This document shows, piece by piece, positions 24,890 to 37,619 of a stretch of 64,000 bases of DNA. The translations under genes were made by a program, and so were the position numbers. Below the pieces are notes generated by a model. That model had not been told where the DNA came from, ran no database searches, and saw only the letters and a program-made list of their open reading frames with translations. The DNA is taken from assembly GCF_009914755.1 (NCBI RefSeq), contig NC_060938.1. One strand, 5' to 3'. The DNA is from the human T2T-CHM13v2.0 reference genome, Homo sapiens. Every line of letters starts with the position of its first letter. Positions within the stretch are counted from its first letter, which is position 1.

Positions 24890-24990
24890 GGTCACTCGCC
24901 CACTTCCTGCCCCAGCAGACACGGCCGCGCGGCTCCACGTCATGTCTGGCCTGTGGTCTGGCTGTGGTGGGGCCAGGTGTGTGTGGCCAG
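24890..24990 (-). promoter_or_regulatory. I-alpha2 promoter, TGF-beta response element
   Basis: ETS CACTTCC at 24901, CRE-like CCACGTCA 24935-24942, SMAD GTCTGG at 24944 and 24956, RUNX TGTGGT at 24952 and 24963. Confidence 0.88.
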
Positions 24991-25837
24991 GGCTCTGTGA
25001 CCCCACCGGCCGTGGAGCCTCACGGCTCCACATGGCTCCACAGGGCGGGGTGGGGGCCACGCTGCAGGGAAACAGGAACAGACACAGTTAGAGGCTCAGA
25101 GACCCCGAGACAGAGATGGCAAAGGGGAGACACAGGGCCAGAGAGGGTCCCCGACCACCCGCAGGGGAAGGGCGCCTGTGAGTGGACTCCCGTTGAAGGG
25201 GCCTTGGGGCCACAGGGCGGGCATCAGGCTGGGGAGAGTGAGTCTTGCGCTGCTGGGTTGGAGCCACTCGGGCCTGGCCTCCCTCGGCCTGCCCCACGGG
25301 CCGCTGGGGGCCCCAGACTGCAGCCCAGGGTGGGGGCATGGGGGCACCCCGTCTCCTAGCCTGCAGCCCTGCGGGTCAGGGCGGCCAAGGTGCCTGCTCT
25401 ACCCTGTCCAGCACTGCCCAGGTGGCACTCCTACTGTGGGTCACCAGAGAGCTGGCCGTTGCGTTGGAGAGATCCCGCCAGCGATGCTGGCCCTGGAGTC
25501 GGGGGAGGCCAGCTATGTCTGGGGGCTCGGGTGGCACCGGCAATGGGAGGCCAGAGGCGCTTCACAGAGGAGCTGCTGCAGCGGAGTCCTGGAAAGCGTG
25601 GGCGTGAATGGAAGATGCCCTGGCCATGGGGCCGGGCCACCCCGGCGGAGGCTGTCGGGTGAAATCCAGGGAGTGACAGTGAGGCCGGATCAGGGCAGGT
25701 GGGGCCAGAGGAGGAGGGAGGTAGCCTGGGGCTGCCCCAGGGTCCTGGGAAGACACACCTGGCGGTTCAGGGAAGCTCTGGAGCTTTTGTTATGAACCTT
25801 GGGATGCCCCCGGCCCTCGCCAGGGGGACGTGGCTGC

Positions 25838-27330
25838 TGCGTCTTAGTCATTTCTGGCTGCAATAACAAAAATACCATAGACTGGTGGGTTCAGCAGCAA
25901 CATTCATTTCTCAGGGAAGCTGGAAGTTCAAGGTCAGGATGGCAGCAGGGTCAAGTTCCAGGAAGGGCCGATTCCTGGTTCACAGACCCCCATCTTTTCG
26001 CTGCGTCCTCACATGGTGGAAAGAGGGCAGGGCTGCTCTCTGGGGTCCCTTTTCTTTTGGGTCTCTAGTGAGATCAGGGACCGAGTCACATTTTTGAGTG
26101 TTCCCCCTCAGGCCCTAACCACCTCCCCGAGGCCCCAGCTCTGCATGCTCTCACTCTGGGATGACGGCTGTCACACAGGAGTTTCGGGCAGACACAGACC
26201 CTCAGACCATAGCACCACCCCTGTCTGCCTCTGCCTCTCCCCATCCCTGTGTCTCCTCGTCTGTCTCCAGCTAGGACACTTGTCCTCGGACCTAGCCCCC
26301 TCGATAATCCAGGGTGTCCTTCACCTCGAAATCCTTGACAATCCAGGGCGCCCTCACCTCGAAATCCTTGACAATCCAGGGTGCCCTCACCTCGAAATCC
26401 TTGACAATCCAGGGCGCCCTCACCTCGAAATCCTTGACAATCCAGGGTGCCCTCACCTCGAAATCCTTGACAATCCAGGGTGCCCTCACCTCGAAATCCT
26501 TGACAATCCAGGGCTCCCTCACCTCGAAATCCTTGACAATCCAGGGCGCCCTCACCTCGAAATCCTTGACAATCCAGGGTGCCCTCACCTCGAAATCCTT
26601 GACAATCCAGGGTTCCTTCACCTCGAAATCCTTGACAATCCAGGGTTCCTTCACCTCGAAATCCTTGACAATCCAGGGTTCCTTCACCTCGAAATCCTTG
26701 ACAATCCAGGGTTCCTTCACCTCGAAATCCTTGACAATCCAGGGCGCCCTCACCTCGAAATCCTTGACAATCCAGGGCGCCCTCACCTCGAAATCCTTGA
26801 CAATCCAGGGTTCCCTCACCTCGAAATCCTTGACAATCCAGGGTGCCCTCACCTCGAAATCCTTGACAATCCAGGGTTCCTTCACCTCGAAATCCTTGAC
26901 AATCCAGGGTGCCCTGACCTCGAAATCCTTGACAATCCAGGGTTCCTTCACCTCGAAATCCTTGACAATCCAGGGCGCCCTCACCTCGAAATCCTTGACA
27001 ATCCAGGGCGCCCTCACCTCGAAATCCTTGACAATCCAGGGTTCCCTCACCTCGAAATCCTTGACAATCCAGGGCGCCCTCACCTCGAAATCCTTGACAA
27101 TCCAGGGCGCCCTCACCTCGAAATCCTTGACAATCCAGGGCGCCCTCACCTCGAAATCCTTGACAATCCAGGGCGCCCTCACCTCGAAATCCTTGACAAT
27201 CCAGGGTGCCCTCACCTCGAAATCCTTATCTTGATGGGATCTGCAAAGGCCCTTTTGACAAATAATGCCGCACTCAATGGCCCCAGGGGCTAGGATGTGG
27301 CTCTATCTTTTGGGGGCCATGGTTGTACCC
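25838..27330 (-). mobile_element. MLT1-type MaLR LTR sequence, interrupted by a VNTR
   Basis: TTAGTC..GGCTGCAATAACAAAAATACCATAGACTGG start; ..ATCTGCAAAGGCCCTTTTGACAAATAA..GGATGTGG..TTTTGGGGGCC end resembles MLT1 consensus; may be more than one fragment. Confidence 0.65.
26305..27227. repeat. 33-bp VNTR (CTCACCTCGAAATCCTTGACAATCCAGGGCGCC), ~28 copies
   Basis: Near-perfect tandem units varying only in GCGCCC/GTGCCC/GTTCCT. Confidence 0.98.
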
Positions 27331-29188
27331 ACGGGTGGGTTAATAGGGGAATGAAGAGGGGGATGGAGAGGCCCTGAGGCGGCATCCTCTTGCTCCCGGG
27401 AGGCCAGGCCATGTGGAAGGCAGGGGCGCTGTTCCGAGCCTGGGTGTGAATCCGGGCCTCTGCCCCTCCCCACGGGCCCCGTCTGTCTCCTCTACGTGGG
27501 TGCTCATCTGGTCTTCCTCTCAGGCCTTTGAGGCGATGGAATTTTCTGTGCGTGAGGACGCCTGCCACACAGTGGGGCAGTGAGCTGACTCCTTGCCCTT
27601 GCTCTGGGGCCATGGAGGTCTCATGATCTAGGGTGCGGGGCAGAGAAAGTCACTGAGCTCTGTCCCCCGGGGGGGCTCCCGGGCCGGGGCACCTTGGCTG
27701 CGGAGGGCCGGTCTGTTGTAGGAGATGTGGGTTTGCGACACCCTGGGCTGGTGATGGGGTGGATGGAGGGCCTGGCTTCCTGAGACTGTGTGTGTGTTGG
27801 TATGAGCGTGCCCGAGCGTGTCAGCCTGTGTGAGTGCATGATTGGTGTGTGTGAGTGCAAATGTGTATGAGAGGTTGAGTCTGTGTGTGTGAACCTGTGT
27901 GTTTTTGCATGTGCGAGTGTGTGCCTGCGTGTGTGTCTGTGAATGAGGGAGTGTGTGAGGGGAGCTGGGCAGCGGCTGTGGCCTTGGCCCTGTCCTGCGA
28001 CGCCCCCTCCTCTGGTGTTGTTTGGACCCAGTCGGCCTCAGCGCTGCCCGCTTTGGGGTTTTCTACCCCGTAGGGAGCCGTCGCTCCTCACCTTCTCCCC
28101 CGTGCCCGGCTGCTCCGAGGTCGCAGCAGAGGACAGGGCGGAGGGCCCAGGTGCCGCTGTCAGACTGAGGCAGGCTTGCTTCATTCCGCTTTGTGCCAGA
28201 CTCCATGTGACGTGGCTCTCCTGGCACAGAGCGAGGCTCTCCCTGTGGGGCCATCACTGTGAGAGGACTCTCCTGCATTGGGGCATTTTGCCAACTGGCC
28301 CTAAAAAGTGGTCTTAATGATTTACGTGCCCTCAGTCAGGGCCAAGAAGCACCTCCACCCCCTTCATCCCCTCCTCCTTCCTTTCACTTTTCTCATTGTT
28401 AAAATGGTTTCTTTATATTATCGGCCACTGGGTTTTTCCTTTCCATGAAGAACCTATTGCTCACCTTTCTTCTTAGTGATCTCTGAGTGCTCTTTGTATA
28501 TGAGGGAACCCTGCCCTTTGTCATGCCTATCATGCGTTCTCTCCCATTTTTAGGATGTTGTGGAGACCCTTGTAAGCAGGCCTCTCCAGCCAGGGAGGCT
28601 GCACATTTGCCCTGAGGACTGGTGTGGGTCAAGCCCACCTGTGGCCCCGATGGCTCTGGGGCCCCAGCCTGCTCCTGGGTCACCTCTCAGCTCTTCAGGA
28701 GGTCCAGGCTGGTGGGCGGCTGTGGGCTGGGGAGTCAGCTTTGTCTGTGCTCAGTGGGTGCTGGATCAGGGTGTGTGGCCAGTGGTCCTGGGGGCCCCCA
28801 TCAGCCTCCACCTTGGTGACTGTGCAGCTGCATTCTTGGGGCCTCCTGTGCTGACCACAGCATGGGCCTCTTCTGGTTTTGCCCACAAAGGGGTCGATGT
28901 TGATTGTTGCTTTGACTTTACCTGAGAAGGAGGCATGAGTCTGGGCTGGAGACCAGCAGACCAGGTATGACAGGGCCGAGCTGGGGAGTCTCTGGGGTGC
29001 TGAGGGGTGATTGATGGGAACCACTGCTTGGGCACTTTGGCTCTCAGGACCCCAGAATGGCCCCTGCCCTTCCTTCCCCTCTGGCTCCTCCTGCACGTCC
29101 TCAGGGGTCCTGCCTCCCGCCAGCCACTCCAGGGCCACACACACCTCCCACAGAGCCCTCTGGAGACGTGGGGTTTGTGAAAAGGATC

Positions 29189-29194
29189 TTTACT
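29189..29194 (-). terminator. IGHE: Variant poly(A) signal AGTAAA, candidate for membrane epsilon mRNA
   Basis: TTTACT on +, ~950 nt past the M2 stop; I saw no canonical AATAAA in 27300-30140; membrane IgE is known to use suboptimal signals. Confidence 0.6.
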
Positions 29195-29404
29195 AAGAAA
29201 CCCAGAGAGAAAGAAGTAGGACTGCTGAAGCCAGAGGCTGGACGAGGTCATAGGGACGAGGTCGGCAGCTGCTGTCCCTGCAGGAAACCCCTTCTCTGGC
29301 TGTGGGAGCCCCTCTACCCACTCCAGGGGCCCGAAGCCCTCAACTGTCCTGTGGCCTGGCCTCAGAGGGCTTCCCTGTGCCTTCAGGCTGCAGAAATGGG
29401 GGCT

Positions 29405-29642
29405 GCAGGTGGATGGCAGGAGGGGTGGGTGAAGGGATGGGGGCTGAGGATAGATGGCAGGAGGGGTGGGTGAAGGGATGGGGGCTGAGGATAGATGGCA
29501 GGAGGGGTGGGTGAAGGGATGGGGGCTGTGGATGGATGGCAGGAGGGGTGGGTGAAGGGATGGGGGCTGAGGATAGATGGCAGGAGGGGTGGGTGAAGGG
29601 ATGGGGGCTGTGGATGGGTGGCAGGAGGGGTGGGTGAAGGGA
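29405..29642. repeat. 41-bp G-rich minisatellite, ~5.5 copies
   Basis: GATGGCAGGAGGGGTGGGTGAAGGGATGGGGGCTGAGGATA units. Confidence 0.93.
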
Positions 29643-29869
29643 AAGAAGGTCTGGGTGAGGCTTGGGGGACGGGGATGCCAGGCACTTGGATCTCAGGGCT
29701 AGAAGGGTCAGACCGAGGCTGGGGAGTGAGGCCGTGGGCTGGTGTTGGGCTGGACGCAGACTCAGCTGTGTCCTGGGCTGGGTGCCGGGCCCTCCTTGGC
29801 TTTTGGTGATTGTACAGTCAGAATGGGAGTGACCCGGAGACCCAGGGGCCTGGGATGAGCTCAGAACGG

Positions 29870-29895
29870 CTAGCAGCCACCCCTCCTCGATGACT
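29870..29895 (-). CDS. IGHE: IgE alternative secretory tailpiece (M2'', epsilon-S2: ESSRRGGC*)
   Basis: Acceptor aacag| at 29896-29897; with the CH4 donor G it reads GAG TCA TCG AGG AGG GGT GGC TGC TAG. Confidence 0.88.
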
Positions 29896-30143
29896 CTGTT
29901 GAAGGGACAGACACGGTTTTCGGGTGGGGGCTGCGACTGGTGGTTCTCTCGGCGCCTGTAACCTTGCGGCTGAGCCGGCCCCTCTGGGCTCAGGTTCACT
30001 GGCCATCAGCCCACAGTAGTGACCTTGTGCCCCCTTTTCTTGTCTGCTTCCCTTTTCCCACCCAGGGCAGGGTGCAGCCCGAGGGAGGCTCAGGCGCTGG
30101 CAGAGAAAAAGCTGGGCCTGGTGGAGCGTGAGTGGCCCGCGGC

Positions 30144-30227
30144 CTAGGCGTGGGGCTGGAGGACGTTGGTGTAGTCGAGGGAGGTCTGGGGCCTCCCCTG
30201 CCGCGTGGCTGAGAGGAACCGCTGCAC
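30144..30227 (-). CDS. IGHE: IgE M2 exon (VQRFLSATRQGRPQTSLDYTNVLQPHA*)
   Basis: Acceptor 30228-30229, stop TAG 30144-30146, ITT motif DYTNV. Confidence 0.97.
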   Translation of the reverse strand: MQRFLSATRQGRPQTSLDYTNVLQPHA

Positions 30228-30311
30228 CTGAGGGGAGGGCGTGGGTCAGGGCGCTCTGCTGGCTCTGCCCAACCCCCTGCCCTGGCTGGGCCCCTGGAGG
30301 TGGGTGCCCAC

Positions 30312-30589
30312 CATGAGGAGCGTGAGGGCGGCGCTGTAGCTCACGCTGAGCAGGAAGAGTGCGGCGAAGATGCAGAGGCCGGTCCACGTCCACGGCGCCT
30401 CGCCCTCGGCCTCCTCCACGCACACGTCCAGCTCTGGGGGACCTGGCCAGTCAGCCCTCCCGGCTCCACAGTGGCAGCGGGGGTGGGGGACAGAGCCTCC
30501 TGCTGCTCTCGGCAGTCCCTGCTGCTGTCCGGAGTGGCAGAGCACCCTATCCGGGGCCCTCTGGGACTGCGCGGAGCCGCCAGCCAGCC
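30312..30589 (-). CDS. IGHE: IgE M1' long membrane exon (52-aa CemX + M1); the short M1 form is 30312-30433
   Basis: GLAGGSAQSQRAPDRVLCH...WPGPP then ELDVCVEEAEGEAPWTWTGLCIFAALFLLSVSYSAALTLLM; acceptors 156 nt apart at 30590-91 and 30434-35. Confidence 0.97.
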
Positions 30590-32404
30590 CTGAGGGTGGG
30601 CACCCAGGTCCCGAGTCAGTCAACGGCCCAGGGCCAGGCCGACCACTCCTGACCTCTCGTCCCTGCGCCCCGACTCTGGCCCCATTTTCCCTCTGTTCCT
30701 TACGGCTTCTCTCCTGACCTCTGGTTACCTCCACTCCGCCTCTCTAGACCCCACGCCCTCCCCAGAGAAGGACCCAACCCCTCGGCACAGCAGTGGCCGC
30801 CTCACTCAGGGCCCTCGGAAGGATGCGTGAGCTCTGCGGCCTGGCTCCCAAGACCTGGGACTCACTGCATGGGTGCTCTGAGGGGCTGTCCTGGTGTGGA
30901 CTATGAGCCCAGGCCTGTGGGTGTCCAGAGCTGCCTCCTGGCCCTACCCCGGCCCGGCCCCGCCCACCAGCCTGGTCCCTCTGGCTCCTGCCCTGGGTGC
31001 CCTCCACTCCCTTCCCCAACACCGTGAGCTGCCTGCTGGTCCCGGGTCATCAGCAGGTGCAGGTCCCGCCTCGGGCCCTCACACCTCTTTCTGCTGCTCC
31101 AGGCCCAGAGCTGGGTGCAGGTGGGCTGGGACGTGAGAGTGAAGCTGAATGTATGGCTGTGACGGTGTGCAGGGACTGTCTTCAGACATGGAGGGGCTTT
31201 GTGCTCATGGGGTGCCCGGTGCCTGTGTTTCCGTGTGGATTTGGTGGGTGCTGTGCCCTTGGTGTGCATGACCGGGGGGAGCGTTTGGATCTGGGGTGTC
31301 AGATGCACATGTGGGTTTGAGGTCTGTGAGGGGCACGTAGCCTGCTCTGGGGTTCCGGTGTGGGTGAGTGGGGGATGGAGCCCACGCATCCATCCTGTGT
31401 TTGGCTGTGGGGTGCTGCTGACAGGGTGACAGGGAGGGTTGGACTGGAGGACACCACGTGAGGGCCTCTCCATTTCTCTCTGGGATCCAGCGGCCCAGGT
31501 ATGGCTCAGAGGAAGGGCTTGGCAGTAGCCTGGCTGGAGGCAGCGTGAGAGGCGGAGTGTGGGCCACGTGTGACCACGTGTGGGGTGTCTATGGCGCCCT
31601 GGTGGTGGTACAGGGTGCTGTGGAGTTGCTATGGGGCCTAGTGTGTGCACAGCTGTGCCTTGAGTGAGGCGTGAGTGGGCGAGACTGGGTGTGTGAGGCT
31701 GGCGATCCCCTGGAGGCCGATTCAGGATGGACCAAGGGGCGGTGGGGGGCAGTAGGAGAGGGGGCCTGGCTGCTGACCTGGGCCTGGTGTGCCCACAGGG
31801 CAGGGTGGCGGAGGCTGCGGGGTGTGAGTGGGCTCGGCTCCACCGGCCCCGGTGCTGGGGCCAGGACTCGGCAAGGCGGGACAGGGCAGAGAGGCGAACG
31901 CCAGTGGCACAGACTTGGGCGAGGGCTGTCGGGTCGTGTGTGTCTGTGTGGGGGTTTCACTTAGGGCTGTTTTTCCACCTGGAGGGGCCTGTGTGCCCAT
32001 CTATACCTGGGGGTGCAGGGGCTCCTGTCCAGGGGGGTAGAAGCCAAGCCCCCAAGAGAGAGGGCTGTGGGGGCTCCCTTGCCCCTTCCCTGAGGACCTC
32101 CCCTGGGTCTTTGGACTCCTTGGAGGGGGTAGACCCAGAGTGGGGGCAGAGAGGGCCCGGGGTAGCTGTGATGAGTCCCTGCAGATATGCTGTTTGACAA
32201 ATAACCCTGACACGAAGGCAGATGGATGAGTGGCACCTCAGCCCTGCCCACCTCCTCCCACCGCCTCTCCTGGGGGGACTCAGCCCTGCCCACCTCCTCC
32301 CACTGCCCCTCCTGGGGGGCCCATTCCTCTGTGCCAAGATGCACCTGCCCACAGCCCTGCCCGCTCCCAAGAATGGGTGTACCTGGGGCTCTGAGCAGGC
32401 ACAG

Positions 32405-32410
32405 TTTATT
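32405..32410 (-). terminator. IGHE: Poly(A) signal AATAAA for secreted epsilon mRNA
   Basis: TTTATT ~105 nt after the CH4 stop. Confidence 0.92.
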
Positions 32411-32515
32411 GGGGGTAGCTTCCTGGGGTCATTGCAACAGTGGACAGAAGGTCTGGCCAGTCCTCCCCACTGCACAGCTGGATGGAGCCCTGGGAGGGAG
32501 GGAGGCAGGAGTACG

Positions 32516-33661
<1,146 letters not shown>

Positions 33662-33868
33662 CTGGGGGAGAGCTGGTGGTCATGAGGGTTGTTGGCCTCT
33701 CTGAGCTCTGTGTGCCCTCCTCTTGCCCCCACGTCCTGGCCCGGGTCCCCAGGCATGCTGGGTGTTCCCACGTTTGAGCCCACCCACCCCCTCAACCCCT
33801 GCCCACTCTGCCAGCCCTCAGCCTGGCACTCCTGGGAACTGTGGTCTCTGAGCTTGGCCCTCTCTTAC

Positions 33869-34177
33869 CGCTGAAGGTTTTGTTGTCGACCCAGTCTGTG
33901 GACGATGGAGTGTGTGCCACACGGCAGGTGAACATCTGCTTGGCCCACGCACCCGAGACGGTCAGCAAGCTGATGGTGGCATAGTGACCAGAGAGCGTGA
34001 GGGTGGTGGCTGGTAAGGTCATAGTTGTCCCGTTGAGGGAGCCTGTGTCCCAGGTCACCATCACCGGCTCCGGGAAGTAGCCCGTGGCCAGGCAGCCCAG
34101 AGTCACGGAGGTGGCATTGGAGGGAATGTTTTTGCAGCAGCGGGTCAAGGGGAAGACGGATGGGCTCTGTGTGGAGG
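33869..34177 (-). CDS. IGHE: IgE CH1 exon
   Basis: ASTQSPSVFPLTRCCKNIPSN...DNKTFS; an intact CH1/CH2 distinguishes it from IGHEP1. Confidence 0.99.
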
Positions 34178-34859
34178 CTGTGAGGACAGAACCTAGTCAG
34201 TGCCAGCCTCAGGCCAGCGCCCATCAGGCCTGGGGGGCCTGGATGGGGGAGCTGGGGACCCCGTGGCAGGGATCCAGATGGCCAGGCTCATTCTGGGCCT
34301 TTTTCCCCACAATCCCCAGGCCCAGGGCGGCTCCCAGGGCCCCCATTCCCCCACCAGAAGCTGTTGCTCAGCCACTATCATCAGGCTGGGCTCAGGAAGG
34401 GGGGTGCCTCCAGGATGACCCCAGCCTCCCCCTGCAAGTGCTGCACGGTGGGCACTCAGGAGCAGAGACACTGGGCCATGCCCCTAGGCTGAAACCCAGG
34501 GACCCCATGGGGCCTGGGACCCCAGAGCCCTCCCCCTTCAAACTCTCTCTGGGCTCATGGTGGATGGTCTGCCTGCCCTCCAACCCTGACCCCAACCCCC
34601 CAAGGCTGTGGTCTCAGCTCCTCGGGCTCTTGAGTGCCAAGCCTGGATCTCCCCATCACAGCAGCCCTCACCTGACCTGCCAGACCCCCATGGTGCTCTG
34701 CCCACCCCTGACCTCTAGGGGAGGGCGGGAAGACTTGCCCTGATGCCCCAGGCAGTCAGTCCCTCCCACCACAGAACCCTGGCCCAGATAGTGCGGTCTG
34801 TACAGCGTGGCCCTTCGCCCCTGGCCTGGAGTCCCAAGTCCCCAGCCCATCCTGCCCCT

Positions 34860-37095
34860 GGAGCCCAGTTTAGCTTGGTCTTGAAGTCTGCTCTAGGTAC
34901 CCCCAAAATCACAGTATCCAGCCCCGCTCTGCCCACCGGGACAGCCAAGTTCAGCTGAGACTGGCCTACCGGGGGAGTCGCCCTCTGAAGTTCACTCTAA
35001 GCCAGCCTGGTTCAGCCTGGCCCAGGTCAGCCCAGGACCTCCCCTTGCAGGCAGCAAACTCTTATTTCAGTCCAGCCAGCTCAACCAGCTTGCTTCTGAC
35101 TCAGCTCCTCTTAGCCAGGTGAGAATGGTCAGTCCAGATCAATTTAGCCCGGTCCAGTTTAGCTCAGCAAAGCTGGACCTAAAGTAGCCACCTCACCCCA
35201 GCTTCATCCAGATGAATACAGTCCAGATCAGCTTAGTCAGTTAAGCCTAGCCTAGCTAGTTAAATCCAGTTACGACCAGCTCAACTAATCCTGCTCAGGC
35301 CTGCTCAGCCCAGCCCAGCTGAACCCAGTTTAGCCGAGGCCAGGCCAGCCCAGCTGAATACAGTTGCCCAGTCTAGCTCAGCCCAGTCCAGCACTGCCCA
35401 GTTTAGCTGAGCTCAGCCTGGCCCAGCCCAGCTCATATCAGCCCATCTCAGCTGAACCAGTTTGACCCAGTCTAACCCAACCCCGCTCAGCTGAACCCAG
35501 CCCAGCCCAGCCCAGCCCAGCCAAACCCAGTTTAGCCTAGCTCAGCTCAGCCCATTTCCACCCAACCCAGCTCAGCCCAGCTTACCCAGTCCAGCCCAGC
35601 AGCCCAGTTCAGCCCACTCAGGCTAGCCCAGTTTAGCCCAGCCCAGCTAGGTTCAGCTCTGCTCAGTTCAGCCCAGCGTAGATCAGCTTATCCCAGCAGA
35701 ACTCAGTTTAAATCACCCCAACCCAATTCGGTTCAATAATCCAAGCCCAGCTCAGTCCAGCTTCTTATAACCCTGTCCATCTCAGGTCACTCACCCAGCC
35801 TAGTCCTCCCCAGCTCAACCCAGTTTAGCCCAAACCAGCTTAGTCAGCCCAACTAGCTAAGCTTGGCTCAGGTCTGTCCAGCTCAGCCCAGGTCTTCCAA
35901 TCACAGCTCAGGCCCGGCCAGGCCAGCTCAGCCCAGCTCCATCCACCTCAGTCCAGTTGGCCCAGCCCAGCCAAACCCAGTTTAGGCCAGGCCAGGCCAG
36001 CCCAGCCCATGTGAACTCAGTTGAGCTCAGCCCAGGTCAGCCCAGTTCAGTTAACCTCAACCTGACCCAGCCCAGCCCATATTAGCATATCTCAGCTGAA
36101 CCCAGTTTAGCCCAACCCAGCCCAACCTAGGCCAGCTGAACCCAGGTTAGGTTAGGTTAGCTTAGCCTAGAGCAGCCCAGCCCAACCCAGCCCAACCCAG
36201 CCCAGCCTTCCCCAGTCTAACCTAGCTCAGCCCAGCCCAGCTGAACCCAGTTGAGACCAACCCAGCTGAGTCCACTCAGGCGAGCCTAGTTTAGCCCAGT
36301 TCACGTGGGCACAGTTCAGCCCAGCCCAGCTCATCCCAGCTAAATTCAGATCACCCCAGCCCAATTTAGTTCAATAATTTAAGGCCTGCTCACTCCAGCT
36401 TTTAACCCTGTCCGTCGTCAGGTCTCTCCCCCAGCCTAGCCCTCCTCAGCTCAATCCCATTTAGCTCAGCCCAGCTTACTCAGCCCAACCAGCTAAGCTT
36501 GGCTCAGGTCTGTCCAGCTCAGCGCAGCCCTGCTGAACTCAGGCCAGGTCAGGTAAGCTCAGCAGGTAATACCCCAGCTTGGTCTCCTTCAGCCCGGATA
36601 GTCCACGAGCACCCATTTTATCCTAAGTAGAGAACTGTAGCTTGTCCCTACTCCTGTGTCGGCCCAGCTTATTTCAACCAAGTCCAGTCAAGTCCAGGTC
36701 AGCCTAATTCAGCTTAACTCAATCCTGGACCACCCAGGGCAGGCCACCTCAGCTCAGCCTGACTTTGCCCTGCCCCCCAGATAAGTCCAGCTCAGCCCAG
36801 CTCAGTCCACCTTAGGGCTTAGGATAACCCAGCTCAAGCCTAGCTCAGCTGAGCCTAGCTCATTTCCCTCTACCCAGTCCACTCACTCAACTCAGCTAAA
36901 CCCGCCTGGCCCGGGCCAGCCCCGATCGCCCTGGCTCAGGACAGCCCAGCTTGGCCACCTGTCCTCTAAGGGACAGGGTAGCCCTCTCAGCCCACCCAGC
37001 TCGCCTCAGCTCAGTCTGTTAGGCCCGTCTCAGTCTAGTCCACTCAGCCAAGCCCCCCTCAGTCCGCCCAGCTCGGACTTGCCAAGATCAGCCAG
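34860..37095 (-). repeat. Switch region S-epsilon
   Basis: Degenerate GAGCT/GGGCT/AAACT pentamers between I-epsilon and CH1. Confidence 0.92.
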
Positions 37096-37481
37096 TTGCG
37101 CAGTGGAGCTCAGGACAGCTCCCTGCTGCCGCCTCCCCACCCTCCCTTCCAGCTCTGGGTTGGCTGTCCCTGTCCTAGGGGTGGCAGGCAGTCTGCACCC
37201 AGCCTAGCCCTGCCCAGCGTGGGGTCTCTGACCTTCTTGGTCTTGGGCCCAGCCAAGATTCCCAGCCCCCTGCCTTCTCCAGGTCGGCGTTAGGCTGTTT
37301 CTAGCTTTCCTGTGTCCCCATGCAGGGAAGGGATGCCTAGAGTCCACGCAGTGACCAAGAAGCTTGGTTGATGCTGTGAGGGTGGCCCAGGAGTCCCCTC
37401 GCTGTCAGGGGCCCAGGCAGCCTCTCCCTCACAGCTGCCTGGGCCGGCCCCTCGATTGGGGCTCCCGGTGGGCTGGGATAC

Positions 37482-37610
37482 CTGAAGCGCCGGGTCGTCC
37501 ATTTGGTGCCTGTGGATGGTGTGGCCCGTCCGGCTCCCTGTCGGGTTCCTGGACAGCTCCCAGATGATCAGTAACCGTGGTTGTTATTTCTGTGCCGGGC
37601 AGTGGAGCCT
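37482..37610 (-). ncRNA. I-epsilon germline-transcript exon (5' end approximate)
   Basis: Donor GCGCTTCAG|GTATCC at 37482/37481; contains GACGGGCCACACCATCC; directly downstream of the STAT6 promoter. Confidence 0.85.
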
Positions 37611-37619
37611 GGGTAGGGG

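Noticed and set aside
26013-27293. 426-, 307- and 306-aa ORFs with 11-aa repeats (HLEILDNPGRP etc.), and a CRISPR-like appearance
   Set aside because: A 33-bp unit divisible by three with no stop in three frames opens ORFs by chance. The units are head-to-tail with no unique spacers, there are no cas genes, and the context is human.
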